A DNA stretch of 64,000 nt from Alphaproteobacteria bacterium (GTDB lineage Bacteria; Pseudomonadota; Alphaproteobacteria; UBA828). The first letter of the stretch is position 1, and each line of letters begins with the position of its first letter. The notes beneath the pieces are model-generated. The model was given only the letters and a program-made list of their open reading frames with translations. It made no database searches and was not told the DNA's origin. Positions 22,077 to 31,985 of this stretch are shown one piece after another. Made by a program: the position numbers and the translations under genes. Location of the stretch: assembly GCA_963422645.2 (NCBI GenBank), contig CAXXVO010000008.1, forward strand, positions 448,001-512,000, given 5' to 3'.

Positions 22077-22738
22077 GTGTCTTCGGCCTCGACGGCCATC
22101 ATGGCGGCGAGCACGGCGAGGCGTTCGCCCGGCGGCAAGGCCTGGTAGCGCCGGCCCCAGTTGGCTGCCTTGCGCTTGATGCGCTGGCGGTCGGTGAAGT
22201 TCCGGCCTGCGTGGCTGGCCCAATGCATCCGGTCGGGGGCGTAGTTGAACCAGACGACCTCGGTTCGCACCAGACCCTGGGTCGTGACCTGCAGCGCCAG
22301 CCGGCGCCATCCCGCCAGCACCTCGTCATAGAGCGCCGACGGATGGCCCGAGATCATGACCTGGCAGGGCAGAGCCTTGAGCAGCGCGAGAAGCGCGACG
22401 TGGCCGGCCTCCTCGTACTCGAAGCGGTAGCGCTGCGCCGAGCGGCGGGTCGCGTGCAGATAGGGCGGATCGCTGTAAACCAGCTCCGGGCCCAGGAACG
22501 GGAACGAGGCCAGGAAGTCATGGGCACAGCCGTGAACCAGATCGACCGGGTAGTCGCAGACGAAGGCCTCGAGCGCCTGCGCATCGCGGTCGATGCCGAT
22601 CGAACGCACGGCCGGCGGCTTGCGCTTCATCAGCGCCCCGCCCCCAAGGTGGCTTTCGATGTAGACGGAGTGCGGCGGCATCAGCGCAATCAGCGCTTGG
22701 CACAGACCTGCTGTCGCCTTCGAGCCGAAATACCCCAT
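22073..22738 (-). CDS. Compact DNA adenine methyltransferase (Dam/D12-like)
   Basis: GYFGSK, YIESHLGGGA (SAM-binding motif I), VYSDPPY (motif IV), VMISG, TEVVWFNY. Confidence 0.88.
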   Translation of the reverse strand: MGYFGSKATAGLCQALIALMPPHSVYIESHLGGGALMKRKPPAVRSIGIDRDAQALEAFVCDYPVDLVHGCAHDFLASFPFLGPELVYSDPPYLHATRRSAQRYRFEYEEAGHVALLALLKALPCQVMISGHPSALYDEVLAGWRRLALQVTTQGLVRTEVVWFNYAPDRMHWASHAGRNFTDRQRIKRKAANWGRRYQALPPGERLAVLAAMMAVEAEDT

Positions 22739-23200
22739 GGACCGCTCCCGTCACGCGAGAGAGCAGTCCATAGTCCCGCAACTCTATGAGGTCAAGAACC
22801 AATCGCGGTGGCAGAACCAGGCCGCGGCCGCCGCCATAATCACCGTCCTCAACTCAGGATTGGGGTACCTGGGTAGTTACGGTAGATCAGCATCAGCATT
22901 CCCGCATCCGACGACCACCGCATCGTACGGCGGGGCCATACTGACACCTTATTCGGGCGGCAATTCCGGACGCTTACACATGACTAGCAACCTCCATTCG
23001 AGGGCCGCCTCGTTAAGAGCCATCTCGTAGACGCCTGTTCTCAAAACGGTGCCTGTGACCAGGGCGCGACGATGGCCGGGACATCCTTCCCGCCCGCTTG
23101 ACAGCCCAACCGTGCAAGTGCCAGCGTCGCGCTGAGCCGGCCGATCGACAGGGAACAGCCGGTAAGCGGCCGGCACGGGCGAGGACGGAGGCTGGCAAAG

Positions 23201-23647
23201 ATGATAGTGCGCATCGGAATTTGCGGGGCACTGGCCGCCGCGCTAATCGTTGCCGGGTTGACGGGCAGCGCACTTGCCGACCCCAAGGGCGTCTGGCTCA
23301 GCGGTTCAGGCAAGTCGCATGTGAAGCTCGCTCCCTGTAGCGACGACGCCGACAAGCTGTGCGGCGAAATCGTGTGGCTCAGGAGTCCCAACTCCAAGGA
23401 CGGCAAGCCGAGGCGGGACGTCAAGAACGAGGACAAGTCGCTCCGCAAGCGGCCGATCATGGGCCTCCAGGTGCTCTGGGACCTGGAATACGAAGGCAAC
23501 GGCGAGTGGGAAGACGGCGAGATCTACAATCCCGAGGACGGCGAGACCTACGACGCCGAAATGGAAGAGGTGAACGCGAACACGCTCAAGGTGAGCGGCT
23601 GTGTGTGGTTCATCTGCAAGGAGCAGACCTGGAAGCGCATCGAGTAA
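23201..23647 (+). CDS. DUF2147-family exported protein
   Basis: Signal peptide, LCGEIVWL, GEIYNPEDGETY, QTWKR. Confidence 0.85.
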   Translation: MIVRIGICGALAAALIVAGLTGSALADPKGVWLSGSGKSHVKLAPCSDDADKLCGEIVWLRSPNSKDGKPRRDVKNEDKSLRKRPIMGLQVLWDLEYEGNGEWEDGEIYNPEDGETYDAEMEEVNANTLKVSGCVWFICKEQTWKRIE

Positions 23648-23906
23648 GCGGACGGCGACGCCGCCCGGTCATTCCCGCTCCTGTTGATTGTCCCACAGTG
23701 CATGGCCGTCGCGGGCACCGCCCGCGAATTGCCAATATCGAATAGACTTCGCTCCGATTTTTCTCTCATCACCTTGTGGCTGGAAGACGGCCGATGGGGC
23801 GCCGGTGAAGGCGAGCCGGTATCGTGGGAATGCCTGCCGCCGCCTGCCCGCCTGGATTGGCGCGTGATACCATGAGCTCGCAGCGTGCAACCGGTGTGGA
23901 TGCGTC

Positions 23907-24694
23907 ATGAATCAGCGTAGCGGATTGCTTGCCGGACGGCGGGCCCTCGTCACGGGTGCGGGGCCACCGGCATCGGGCAAGCCATTACGGAGGCCTTTGC
24001 GCGTGAGGGCGCGCGCGTCGTGGTCAGCGACATCAGCCTCGACGGGGCTCGGGATCTCGCCCAACGCCTCGGCGAGGGCGCACGCGCCTACAGGCTCGAC
24101 GTCACCGACGCGGCGGAAACTGCGACCGTCTTCCGCGCCGCCGCCGAGTGGATGGGCGGCTTCGATCTGCTCGCCGCCAACGCGGGCATTTCGACGATGA
24201 ACCCGGTGGTCGACCTCACCGAGGAGGAATGGGACTCCAACATGGCGGTGAACGCCAAGGGCGTGTTCCTGTCAAACCGGGAGGCGGTGCGCCACTTCCT
24301 CGCCGCCGGCGAGAAGGGCGTGATCGTCAACACGGCCTCGCTCGCCGGCAAGATCGGCGCGCCCTTGCTCGCGCACTACGCGGCCAGCAAGTTCGCCGTG
24401 GTCGGGTTCACGCAGTCGCTGGCGCGGGAGGTGGGCGAGCACGGCATTCGGGTCAACGCGGTCTGCCCCGGTTATGTGCGCACGTCCATGCAGCACCGCG
24501 AAGTCGTGTGGGAGGGCAAGCTGCGTGGCATGACGCCTGAGGCCGTCCGCGACGAGTACGTGGCCGCGACGCCTCTGGGCCGGCTCGAGGAACCCGATGA
24601 TGTGGCGGCGATTGTCGTCTTCCTGGCGAGCGACCTTTCCGGCTTTCTGACCGGCGAGGCGATCAACGCCAGCGGCGGCGTGTTGATGGATTAG
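23907..24694 (+). CDS. SDR oxidoreductase with an apparent frameshift near 23960 (real or assembly error)
   Basis: RALVTGA in one frame, ATGIG..YAASK..NAVCPG in another. Confidence 0.8.
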
Positions 24695-24711
24695 CCCGGA
24701 ACGGAAATGTC

Positions 24712-25518
24712 ATGACCTGGTTGAAGGAGAGCATCGGCGCGGGCAAACCGGTCATCGCCATGGCCCACCTGCTGCCCCTGCCCGGCGCGCCGCTCTACGA
24801 TTCGCAGGGCGGAATGCAGGCCATCATCGAGCATGTCGCAAGGGATCTGGAAGCCCTGCAGGACGGCGGCGTCGACGCGGTCATGTTCGGCAACGAAGGC
24901 GACCGCCCCTACCTGCTGGAAGCCTCGCCGGAAAGCCTTGCGGCCATGGCGGCCGTGACCGCGGCGGTCAAAGGCAAACTGCGCGTGCCCTACGGCGTTA
25001 ACTATCTGTGGGACCCGGTTGCGACGGTGGCGCTTGCCGTCGCGACGGATGCCGTCTTCGCGCGCGAAATCTTCACCGGGGTCTACGATTCCGACATGGG
25101 CTTGTGGCAGCCCTCGGCTGCCCGGGCGCTGCGCATGCGCCACGACCTCGGCCGCGACGACCTCAAGCTCATGTTTAACATCAATGCCGAGTTCGCCGCA
25201 CCGGTGGGGGCCCGCTCCGTCGAAGCGCGCGCCGCCAGTACCGTCTTTTCGTCGCTGGCAGACGCCGTTCTCGTCTCGGGCCCGATGACCGGCCAAGCGG
25301 TGGACCAATCGAGCCTCGAGCGTGTTGCGAGCGCTGTCCCCGGCACGCCGGTCCTCGCCAACACCGGCTGCAACGTGGACAACATCGCCGATATTCTGAG
25401 GGTGGCCGACGGCTGCATCGTCGGCACACACTTCAAGGTCGACGGCGACACCTGGAACGCCGTGGACCGGGACCGCGTCGCACGCTTCATGGAGGTCGTC
25501 TCGAAGGTACGCGGGTGA
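24712..25518 (+). CDS. BtpA/SgcQ family protein
   Basis: MAHLLPLPGAP, GVDAVMFGNE, DGCIVGTHFK. Confidence 0.88.
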   Translation: MTWLKESIGAGKPVIAMAHLLPLPGAPLYDSQGGMQAIIEHVARDLEALQDGGVDAVMFGNEGDRPYLLEASPESLAAMAAVTAAVKGKLRVPYGVNYLWDPVATVALAVATDAVFAREIFTGVYDSDMGLWQPSAARALRMRHDLGRDDLKLMFNINAEFAAPVGARSVEARAASTVFSSLADAVLVSGPMTGQAVDQSSLERVASAVPGTPVLANTGCNVDNIADILRVADGCIVGTHFKVDGDTWNAVDRDRVARFMEVVSKVRG

Positions 25519-27041
25519 TGAGCACTCTGCTCGGTCTCGATATCGGGACGACGTCGACAATCGGCATTCTGATCGATACCGAGGGCGGCATCCTCGCCAC
25601 CGCGTCGCGGCCCAGCGCACTCGTCTCACGCCACGCCAACTGGGCCGAAGAGGATACCGAGCTCTGGTGGGCCAATGTCTGCGCACTCGTGCCGGACCTG
25701 CTGCGGAGCACCGGGCTGGAGGCAGGCGAAATCGCGGCGGTCGGCGTGACCGGGATGGTCCCCACGGTGATCCTTCTGGATGACTCAGGGAGGCCGCTGC
25801 GCCCGTCGATCCAGCAGAACGATGCCCGCGCCGTCAATGAAATCGAGGAGCTGAAGCGGCGCATCGACGGCGACGACTGGTTCCGGCGCACCGGCGGTAG
25901 CATCAATCAGCAGGTCGTGGCGCCCAAGCTGCTCTGGCTTGCGCGTCATGAGCCAGAGTGTTTCGGCGAAGCCGGCACCGTGTTGGGGTCCTACGACTAC
26001 ATCACGTACCGGCTGACTGGAGACACCTCGATCGAGGGGAACTGGGCGCTGGAGGCGGGATTCTACAACCTCGCGCAAGGCGGCCTCGACGAGGACCTGG
26101 TTCGTTTGGGCGGCATATCGCCCGACCGGCTGCCGCCGCTCAAGGCGTCCGGCGAACCCGCAGGCGCGCTCACGCAGCGAGCAGCGGAGGAAACCGGCCT
26201 CCTTCCCGGCACGCCAGTGGTGACCGGCTGCGCCGATCATATCGCGTCGGCGTTCGTCGCCGGCGCCTGCGATCAGGGCGATCTGGTGGTCAAGTTCGGG
26301 GGTGCCGGGGACATCATGCTCACAAGCGAGCGGCCGGTGACCGACCCGCGCATGTTCATCGACTTTCACATCGTGCCGGGGCTCTATGTCTCCAATGGCT
26401 GCATGGCCGCGAGCGGCAGCGTGCTGAACTGGATCGTGGCGCAACTCGGGCAGGGAGAAGCCGAGGCCGCGCGAGCTGCGGGACAGACGCCGCACGCCTG
26501 GCTCGATGAACGGGCAAGCGATCTGCCGCCGGGCGCCGGCGGCCTGGTGCTGCTGCCCTACTTCCTCGGCGAGAAGACGCCCCTCCACGATCCCCGCGCG
26601 AAGGGCACGCTGGTCGGCCTCGGGCTCCACCACGAGCTGCGCCATGTCTGGCGCGCCGCCCTCGAATCTGTGGCGTTCGGATTCCGCCATCACATGGACG
26701 TGTTCGAGGAGATGGACTGCGGGGTGGGCCGCGTTCTGGCCTGCGACGGCGGCGCGGCGAGCGATCTCTGGATGCAGATTACCGCCAATGTCCTGGAAAG
26801 ACCGGTCGAGCGGCTGCTCGAGCATCCCGGCTCCAGCCTCGGCGCGGCCTTCGTCGCGGGCATGGGCACGGGCGTGCTCGACGACTGGTCGGCGATCGGC
26901 CGCTATGCCCGGTGCGATCGAATCTTCGAGCCGGACAGCAGCCGGACCGAAGCCTACGGCGACGCTTACGGCATCTATCGCGATCTCTACCGCCGGCTGG
27001 AGACCCTCTACCCCTCCCTCGCCGATCTGCCGGCGGCCTGA
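25515..27041 (+). CDS. FGGY-family carbohydrate kinase (xylulokinase-like)
   Basis: LGLDIGTTS, LPYFLGEKTP, DGGAAS. Confidence 0.9.
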   Translation: MMSTLLGLDIGTTSTIGILIDTEGGILATASRPSALVSRHANWAEEDTELWWANVCALVPDLLRSTGLEAGEIAAVGVTGMVPTVILLDDSGRPLRPSIQQNDARAVNEIEELKRRIDGDDWFRRTGGSINQQVVAPKLLWLARHEPECFGEAGTVLGSYDYITYRLTGDTSIEGNWALEAGFYNLAQGGLDEDLVRLGGISPDRLPPLKASGEPAGALTQRAAEETGLLPGTPVVTGCADHIASAFVAGACDQGDLVVKFGGAGDIMLTSERPVTDPRMFIDFHIVPGLYVSNGCMAASGSVLNWIVAQLGQGEAEAARAAGQTPHAWLDERASDLPPGAGGLVLLPYFLGEKTPLHDPRAKGTLVGLGLHHELRHVWRAALESVAFGFRHHMDVFEEMDCGVGRVLACDGGAASDLWMQITANVLERPVERLLEHPGSSLGAAFVAGMGTGVLDDWSAIGRYARCDRIFEPDSSRTEAYGDAYGIYRDLYRRLETLYPSLADLPAA

Positions 27042-27049
27042 CCGGACTT

Positions 27050-28153
27050 TCAGCCGGCGGTCACGGCGCGTCCCGTGGCGGTGTCGAAGAAATGCAGGCG
27101 TTCCAGGTCGACATGGAGCTGGAGCTCGGACCCGGCCGGCGCCATGAAGTCGCGGTCGAGCCGGGCCGAGACTTCCTGGCCGCCCGGCAAGGCGGCGACC
27201 AGGATCACTTCCGGCCCCAGCGATTCTACCGCCACCACGGTGACCGTGATCGCGGCGCGCTGGGCGGCGGAGGGTTGGGCGTCGAGATCCTCGGGCCGGA
27301 TGCCGAGGGTGATTGCCTCCCCCGCGTGGCCGCGCAACGCTTCCCTGTGGGCAGCGAGCAATGGCAGGCTGATCGACGGAAGATCGACGGATTCCAGGCC
27401 CGTCGCGCCGCCGAAGCGGGCATCGAGCAGGTTCATCGGCGGACTGGCGAGAAAGCCTGCAACGAAGGTGTCGACCGGATGGCGGTAGACCTCCAGAGGA
27501 GGCCCGACCTGGACGATCCGGCCGTCGCGCATGATGCAGATCCTCTCGCCCATGGTCATCGCCTCGACCTGGTCATGCGTGACATGGACGATGGTCTTGC
27601 CCAGCATGCGGTGAAGCTTGATCAGCTCCGTGCGCATCGCTGCGCGCAGCTTGGCATCCAGGTTGGAGAGCGGCTCGTCGAAGAGGAACGCTACGGGGTC
27701 TCGGACCAGCGCGCGGCCCAGTGCGACTCTCTGTTGCTGCCCGCCGCTCAGCTGCCGCGGGCGGCGTTTCAGCAGGTCCCCGATGCCGAGCATGTCCGCC
27801 GTCGCCGCGATGCGGCGATCGATTTCCTCGCGCGGGAGCTTGCGCAGCTTGAGGCCGAAGGCGAGGTTGCCCGCGACGCTCATATGCGGATAAAGCGCGT
27901 AGTTCTGGAAGACGACCGCAAGGTCGCGCTCCGCCGGGTCGACATCGTTGACCGTGGCGCCGTCGATCCTGACCTCGCCTGAGGTGATCGTCTCCAGGCC
28001 GGCGATCATCCGCAGAGTCGTCGACTTTCCGCATCCCGACGGCCCCAGCAGAACCATGAACTCGCCGTCCCGGACGTCGAGATCGATGCTGTCGACGGCG
28101 GTGACTTCCTGTCCGTAAACCTTGGTGAGGTTCCGCAGCCCGATCTCGGCCAC
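27050..28153 (-). CDS. Carbohydrate ABC transporter ATP-binding protein (MalK/UgpC-like)
   Basis: GPSGCGKST, LSGGQQQR, FDEPLSNLD. Confidence 0.93.
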   Translation of the reverse strand: MAEIGLRNLTKVYGQEVTAVDSIDLDVRDGEFMVLLGPSGCGKSTTLRMIAGLETITSGEVRIDGATVNDVDPAERDLAVVFQNYALYPHMSVAGNLAFGLKLRKLPREEIDRRIAATADMLGIGDLLKRRPRQLSGGQQQRVALGRALVRDPVAFLFDEPLSNLDAKLRAAMRTELIKLHRMLGKTIVHVTHDQVEAMTMGERICIMRDGRIVQVGPPLEVYRHPVDTFVAGFLASPPMNLLDARFGGATGLESVDLPSISLPLLAAHREALRGHAGEAITLGIRPEDLDAQPSAAQRAAITVTVVAVESLGPEVILVAALPGGQEVSARLDRDFMAPAGSELQLHVDLERLHFFDTATGRAVTAG

Positions 28154-28165
28154 CTCGCATCCCTC

Positions 28166-29062
28166 CTACGTCAGCGAGCGCATGTAGCGGTACAAGAAGA
28201 TTGTCAGCAACACGACGATGATGAGCAGTCCCACCGCCATCGCCGAGGCGCGTCCGATGTCGAGGCCGAAAAAGGCGGCGCGATAGATGAAATAGCTGAT
28301 GAGATCGGTCGCGGTGCCGGGGCCGCCCTTGGTCATGATGAAGACGATGTCGAAGGTCTTGATTGCGAAGATCATGCGTAGAAGAAGTGCGACGGCGATG
28401 ACCGGCTGCATCAGCGGGAGCGTGATGAAGATGAAGCAGCGTAGCGGCGACGCTCCGTCCATGCGCGCGGCTTCGTAAGGCTCGCGCGGCAGGGCCGAGA
28501 GTCCGGCCAGAAGCAGGATCGCCATGAACGAGACCTGATGCCAAATGTCGGTCAGCACCACGGTCCAGAACGCGATCGTGGGATCGCCAAGCCAACTGAC
28601 CGGTCTGATGCCGACGAGGCCGATGGCGTAGTTGACGATGCCGAGCTCGGAATGGAGCAACATGCGCCATAACAGCCCGACCACCACGGGGTTGATGAGC
28701 AGCGGCGCCAGCAGGATCAGGTAGTAGATCGTCTTGAATCGGTTGGTGGCGTTGAGCGAGAGCGCCACGATGAAGCCGACAATGAATTCGATGACGACCG
28801 AGGCCAGGACGAACTTGACCGTGACCCAGAGCGAGCCCGGAAGGTACTCCTCCTCGGCCGCCTCCTGATAATTTTCCCCGCCGATGAAGGTGTCGTGATT
28901 GGGGGTGAGCAGGGTGTAGTCGTAAAAGCTCGTGAAGACGGTGAAGAAGAGCGGAAAGGTGACGACGACCACCAACACGGCGAGACCCGGCGCAGTGAGC
29001 AGATACCCAAAGCGCCGGTCCCGCTGTGTCAGCGTCAAAGTGCCACCCGTTGCAGGTGACAT
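28166..29062 (-). CDS. Carbohydrate ABC transporter permease
   Basis: EAARMDGA loop, TKGGPG. Confidence 0.9.
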   Translation of the reverse strand: MSPATGGTLTLTQRDRRFGYLLTAPGLAVLVVVVTFPLFFTVFTSFYDYTLLTPNHDTFIGGENYQEAAEEEYLPGSLWVTVKFVLASVVIEFIVGFIVALSLNATNRFKTIYYLILLAPLLINPVVVGLLWRMLLHSELGIVNYAIGLVGIRPVSWLGDPTIAFWTVVLTDIWHQVSFMAILLLAGLSALPREPYEAARMDGASPLRCFIFITLPLMQPVIAVALLLRMIFAIKTFDIVFIMTKGGPGTATDLISYFIYRAAFFGLDIGRASAMAVGLLIIVVLLTIFLYRYMRSLT

Positions 29063-29080
29063 GTGCGTGCGGAGGGTCCG

Positions 29081-30361
29081 CTATTCGGCGATCTTGCCGT
29101 CCTTGATGAGCAGCTCGCGAAGCTCCCTCTGGGCATCGGCCATGGCCTCGGGAATTGGCTTCTCACCGATCGCAGCCAGGTTCAGCTCGCGGCCGACTTC
29201 TTCCACGAACTCGGTGGTGTAGGTGAAGACCGGGAAGTCCTGCGTGCCGGCGAGGATTTCGCCGAGGATCGGGTAGTAGGGACGCGCCGCCACCACATCA
29301 GGATCCGTGAAGATCGGCGCCTGTGTGGGAGCGCCGCCGAGCAGCGCGCGCCGCTTGGCGATCTCAGCGGATTCGGCCCACTTGATGAAGGTCCATGCCG
29401 CTTCCACGTTCGGGCTCGAGTTGGGGATGGCCCAGCCCCAGCCGCCGTTCAGGCCGCCGCCCGGATTGGGCGCGATGCCGACCTTTCCGGCCACCGTCGA
29501 GGACTCGGGATCCTCGAAGCCGGCGTAGAGGATGTTGAAGGTGACGAAGCTGTAGGCCCTGCCCTGCGCCATGACATTGAACGCCTCGTCGAAGCAGTAG
29601 GCTTCCGAGCCCGCCGGGCTGTAGTTCACCACCGCGTCACGATAGTACTCCATGGCCCGAATGGCCTCGGGGCTGTCCAGCAGTGGATTCCAGTTCTCGT
29701 CGTGATAGCGGCCTCCCTGGGAATAGAGATAGTTCGCCCACTGCATCGAGATGCAGTCGCCGCGCTGGCCCTGGATGACGGTTCCGTAAAAGTCGCGCTG
29801 GCCGTCGCCGTCATTGTCGCGCGTGAAGAATTGGACCTGCTTCCAGTATTCGTCCCAGGTCTCGGGGACTCTCAGATCGATTCCGTATTCCTCCCTGAAG
29901 GCCGCCTGTTCCGTCGGATCGTCGATCAGGTCCTGGCGATAAATCACGGCCATCGAATAGTTGTAGAAGGGCAGCATGTAGAGGACGCCGTCGACGCGTC
30001 CGACCAGATCCATGAGCTTGGGCACGTACACGTCGACATCGACGCCGTCGCGGGCGGCGAGATCGTCGAGCGGCATCAGCCAGCCTGCCTTGGTGAATTC
30101 GCCGACCCAGTAGAAGTCGACCACGATCAGGTCGTAGCTGCCCTGGGGTGAGATGAGCTGCGGCACCAGCTTCGAGTGCATGTCGATGTAGCTGATGGCC
30201 TCGATCTCTACATCGATGCCCGATGCTTCCTCGAACTCCGGCAACAGCTCCTGGATGTAGCGGGTGTCCGGCACCGTTTCCATCAGGATGCGAATGGTTT
30301 CCGCCTTCGCCACGCTCGCAAAGAGCATGGTTGCGGCGGCAACTGCGATGAACAATCTCAT
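29081..30361 (-). CDS. Carbohydrate ABC transporter substrate-binding protein
   Basis: Signal peptide, PETWDE, GGWGWAI; operon context. Confidence 0.9.
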   Translation of the reverse strand: MRLFIAVAAATMLFASVAKAETIRILMETVPDTRYIQELLPEFEEASGIDVEIEAISYIDMHSKLVPQLISPQGSYDLIVVDFYWVGEFTKAGWLMPLDDLAARDGVDVDVYVPKLMDLVGRVDGVLYMLPFYNYSMAVIYRQDLIDDPTEQAAFREEYGIDLRVPETWDEYWKQVQFFTRDNDGDGQRDFYGTVIQGQRGDCISMQWANYLYSQGGRYHDENWNPLLDSPEAIRAMEYYRDAVVNYSPAGSEAYCFDEAFNVMAQGRAYSFVTFNILYAGFEDPESSTVAGKVGIAPNPGGGLNGGWGWAIPNSSPNVEAAWTFIKWAESAEIAKRRALLGGAPTQAPIFTDPDVVAARPYYPILGEILAGTQDFPVFTYTTEFVEEVGRELNLAAIGEKPIPEAMADAQRELRELLIKDGKIAE

Positions 30362-30440
30362 GTCAGTCCTCCCTTGATGTGGAGCCGTGCTCCTCCGGTT
30401 GTTGCTCCGGGCCGGCGGCGCCGGAGCGCGGGGTGCCGCG

Positions 30441-31286
30441 TCACTTCAGTGCACCCAGTGAAAGTCCCTTGATCAGATATCGCCTCATGAAAGGCAACAG
30501 AACGAAAACCGGCAGAATCGCGCAGATCGTCGCCGCCGACAGCAAGGAGATGTCGACGCCGCGGTGAGTCTGGAAGGACGATAGCCCGACAGGAAGAGTG
30601 TTGGTCTGCGGGCCGCTGAGGATCAGCGCGAACAGGAACTCGTTCCAGCTCAGGATGAAGGAAAGAAGGCCCGCGGCCAGAATCCCGGGCGCCGCCACGG
30701 GCAGCGTGATGCGCAAAAAGGTCTGCAGGCGCGTGGCCCCGTCGACACGTGCCGCCTGCTCCAGCAGGGCGATGTTCCGGTCGAAGAACGCCACCAGCAA
30801 CCAGGCCAGGAAGGGCAGGCTGATGGTCAGGTGAGCGGCGATCAAGCCAGGCAGGCTGTTGAGCAGCGAGGCCTTGAGAAAGAGCGTGAAGAGCGGCAGG
30901 ACCAGAATGACCGGGGGCAGCATCTGGCTCGAAAGCACGACCAGGCGGAGCGTCATGCCGCCCGTGTTGTACCGGGCGAAGGCATAGGCGATTGCAGCGG
31001 CAAGCGGCAGGGCGATGACGGTCGCGCCGATGGCCACGGTCACACTGTTGATGAAATAGTTGAAGAAGGGGTAGCCGGTGAAGATCTCGACGAAGTTTCC
31101 GATGCTGGCCTGACCCCATTCGGGTGGAATCTTGTACGCCGTCGACTTGTCGGTGAGCGCCACGCGGAGCAGCCACAGCAGTGGCAGGAGTATGGCAAGG
31201 CTGAACGCGATGAGCACGGCATGCGGCAGGAGCTTGGCGACGACGCGCCTGATGCGCCGCGCCGCCGCGCGCTGACGAAGCGTCAA
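30441..31286 (-). CDS. Carbohydrate ABC transporter permease
   Basis: EQAARVDGA, SWNEFLFALIL. Confidence 0.9.
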   Translation of the reverse strand: MTLRQRAAARRIRRVVAKLLPHAVLIAFSLAILLPLLWLLRVALTDKSTAYKIPPEWGQASIGNFVEIFTGYPFFNYFINSVTVAIGATVIALPLAAAIAYAFARYNTGGMTLRLVVLSSQMLPPVILVLPLFTLFLKASLLNSLPGLIAAHLTISLPFLAWLLVAFFDRNIALLEQAARVDGATRLQTFLRITLPVAAPGILAAGLLSFILSWNEFLFALILSGPQTNTLPVGLSSFQTHRGVDISLLSAATICAILPVFVLLPFMRRYLIKGLSLGALK

Positions 31287-31471
31287 CGGCCTCGCCCTTT
31301 CGCGGCCTCTGTGCCCGCGCTGCGCTGCGGTCCCTTCATCTTCTCACACGACTATGCCCTGGTCGCGGCCCGGTTTTGTTGCCAGCCGGGCAACCGCTCG
31401 TAAGGCTCGACAGTTAACCGGGATCGCCACGCCGAATCCAGGGGCAATCAGCAGCCCCTTAGGCAGGCCGC

Positions 31472-31951
31472 TCAGCCCGGCGCGGCGCTTTTGAGCCAGC
31501 GTGCGAGCGCCTTGTCGGGATCGGCGATTTCCTCCACCGAGCCGTACCAGCAATCCTCCCAGCCGACCTCGGGCAGGCCGGTGAACACCATCAGGTTGAG
31601 CGGATAGGCCTCGCTGTCGGTGCAGCGGCGGAAGTCGTCGCGAAAGAGGAACACCGCCTTCTCCCAGGCGATGGCCATGCCGAGTTCTACCATCACGCCT
31701 TCGTCCGGCGGGCAGCCGTTGACCACGGCGAAGATGCCGTCGGCATCGCGCACGTCGCGCAGGTCCGCCTGGCCTATCCGGTAGGCCCAGCCGGCGGTAG
31801 CCTTGTCGATCTGGTTGTTGCGGGCGAAGGGCTCCCACACCTCCGCGCCGAGCTCCTCCAGCGCCGCGACCAGCGCCTGGAGCGGCCCATCCTTCTGCTG
31901 GGCGGAGAAGCCGTAAGGGTTTGCCAGATAGAGCGTCTTGGCCGCAGGCAT
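31472..31951 (-). CDS. Nucleoside 2-deoxyribosyltransferase family protein
   Basis: LYLANPYGFS, DEGVMVELGMA, NLM. Confidence 0.85.
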   Translation of the reverse strand: MPAAKTLYLANPYGFSAQQKDGPLQALVAALEELGAEVWEPFARNNQIDKATAGWAYRIGQADLRDVRDADGIFAVVNGCPPDEGVMVELGMAIAWEKAVFLFRDDFRRCTDSEAYPLNLMVFTGLPEVGWEDCWYGSVEEIADPDKALARWLKSAAPG

Positions 31952-31985
31952 GGCGCGCCCTCCCCTCTCGTGCCCCGCGCTGCCG

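Larger units (their letters stand above)
17856..22880 (-). mobile_element. IS66-family element (type B, ~2.5 kb native) carrying a DNA adenine methyltransferase, with a nested type C IS
   Basis: IRs GTAACT(G/A)CCCAGGTACCCC at 17856 and 22880; 8-bp TSD GGTAGATC on both sides. Confidence 0.9.

Noticed and set aside
22073-22738. MTase as the Mod partner of the Type III Res
   Set aside because: It is a small Dam-like enzyme inside IS66 ends, 30 kb away; Type III Mod subunits are much larger and have a different motif order
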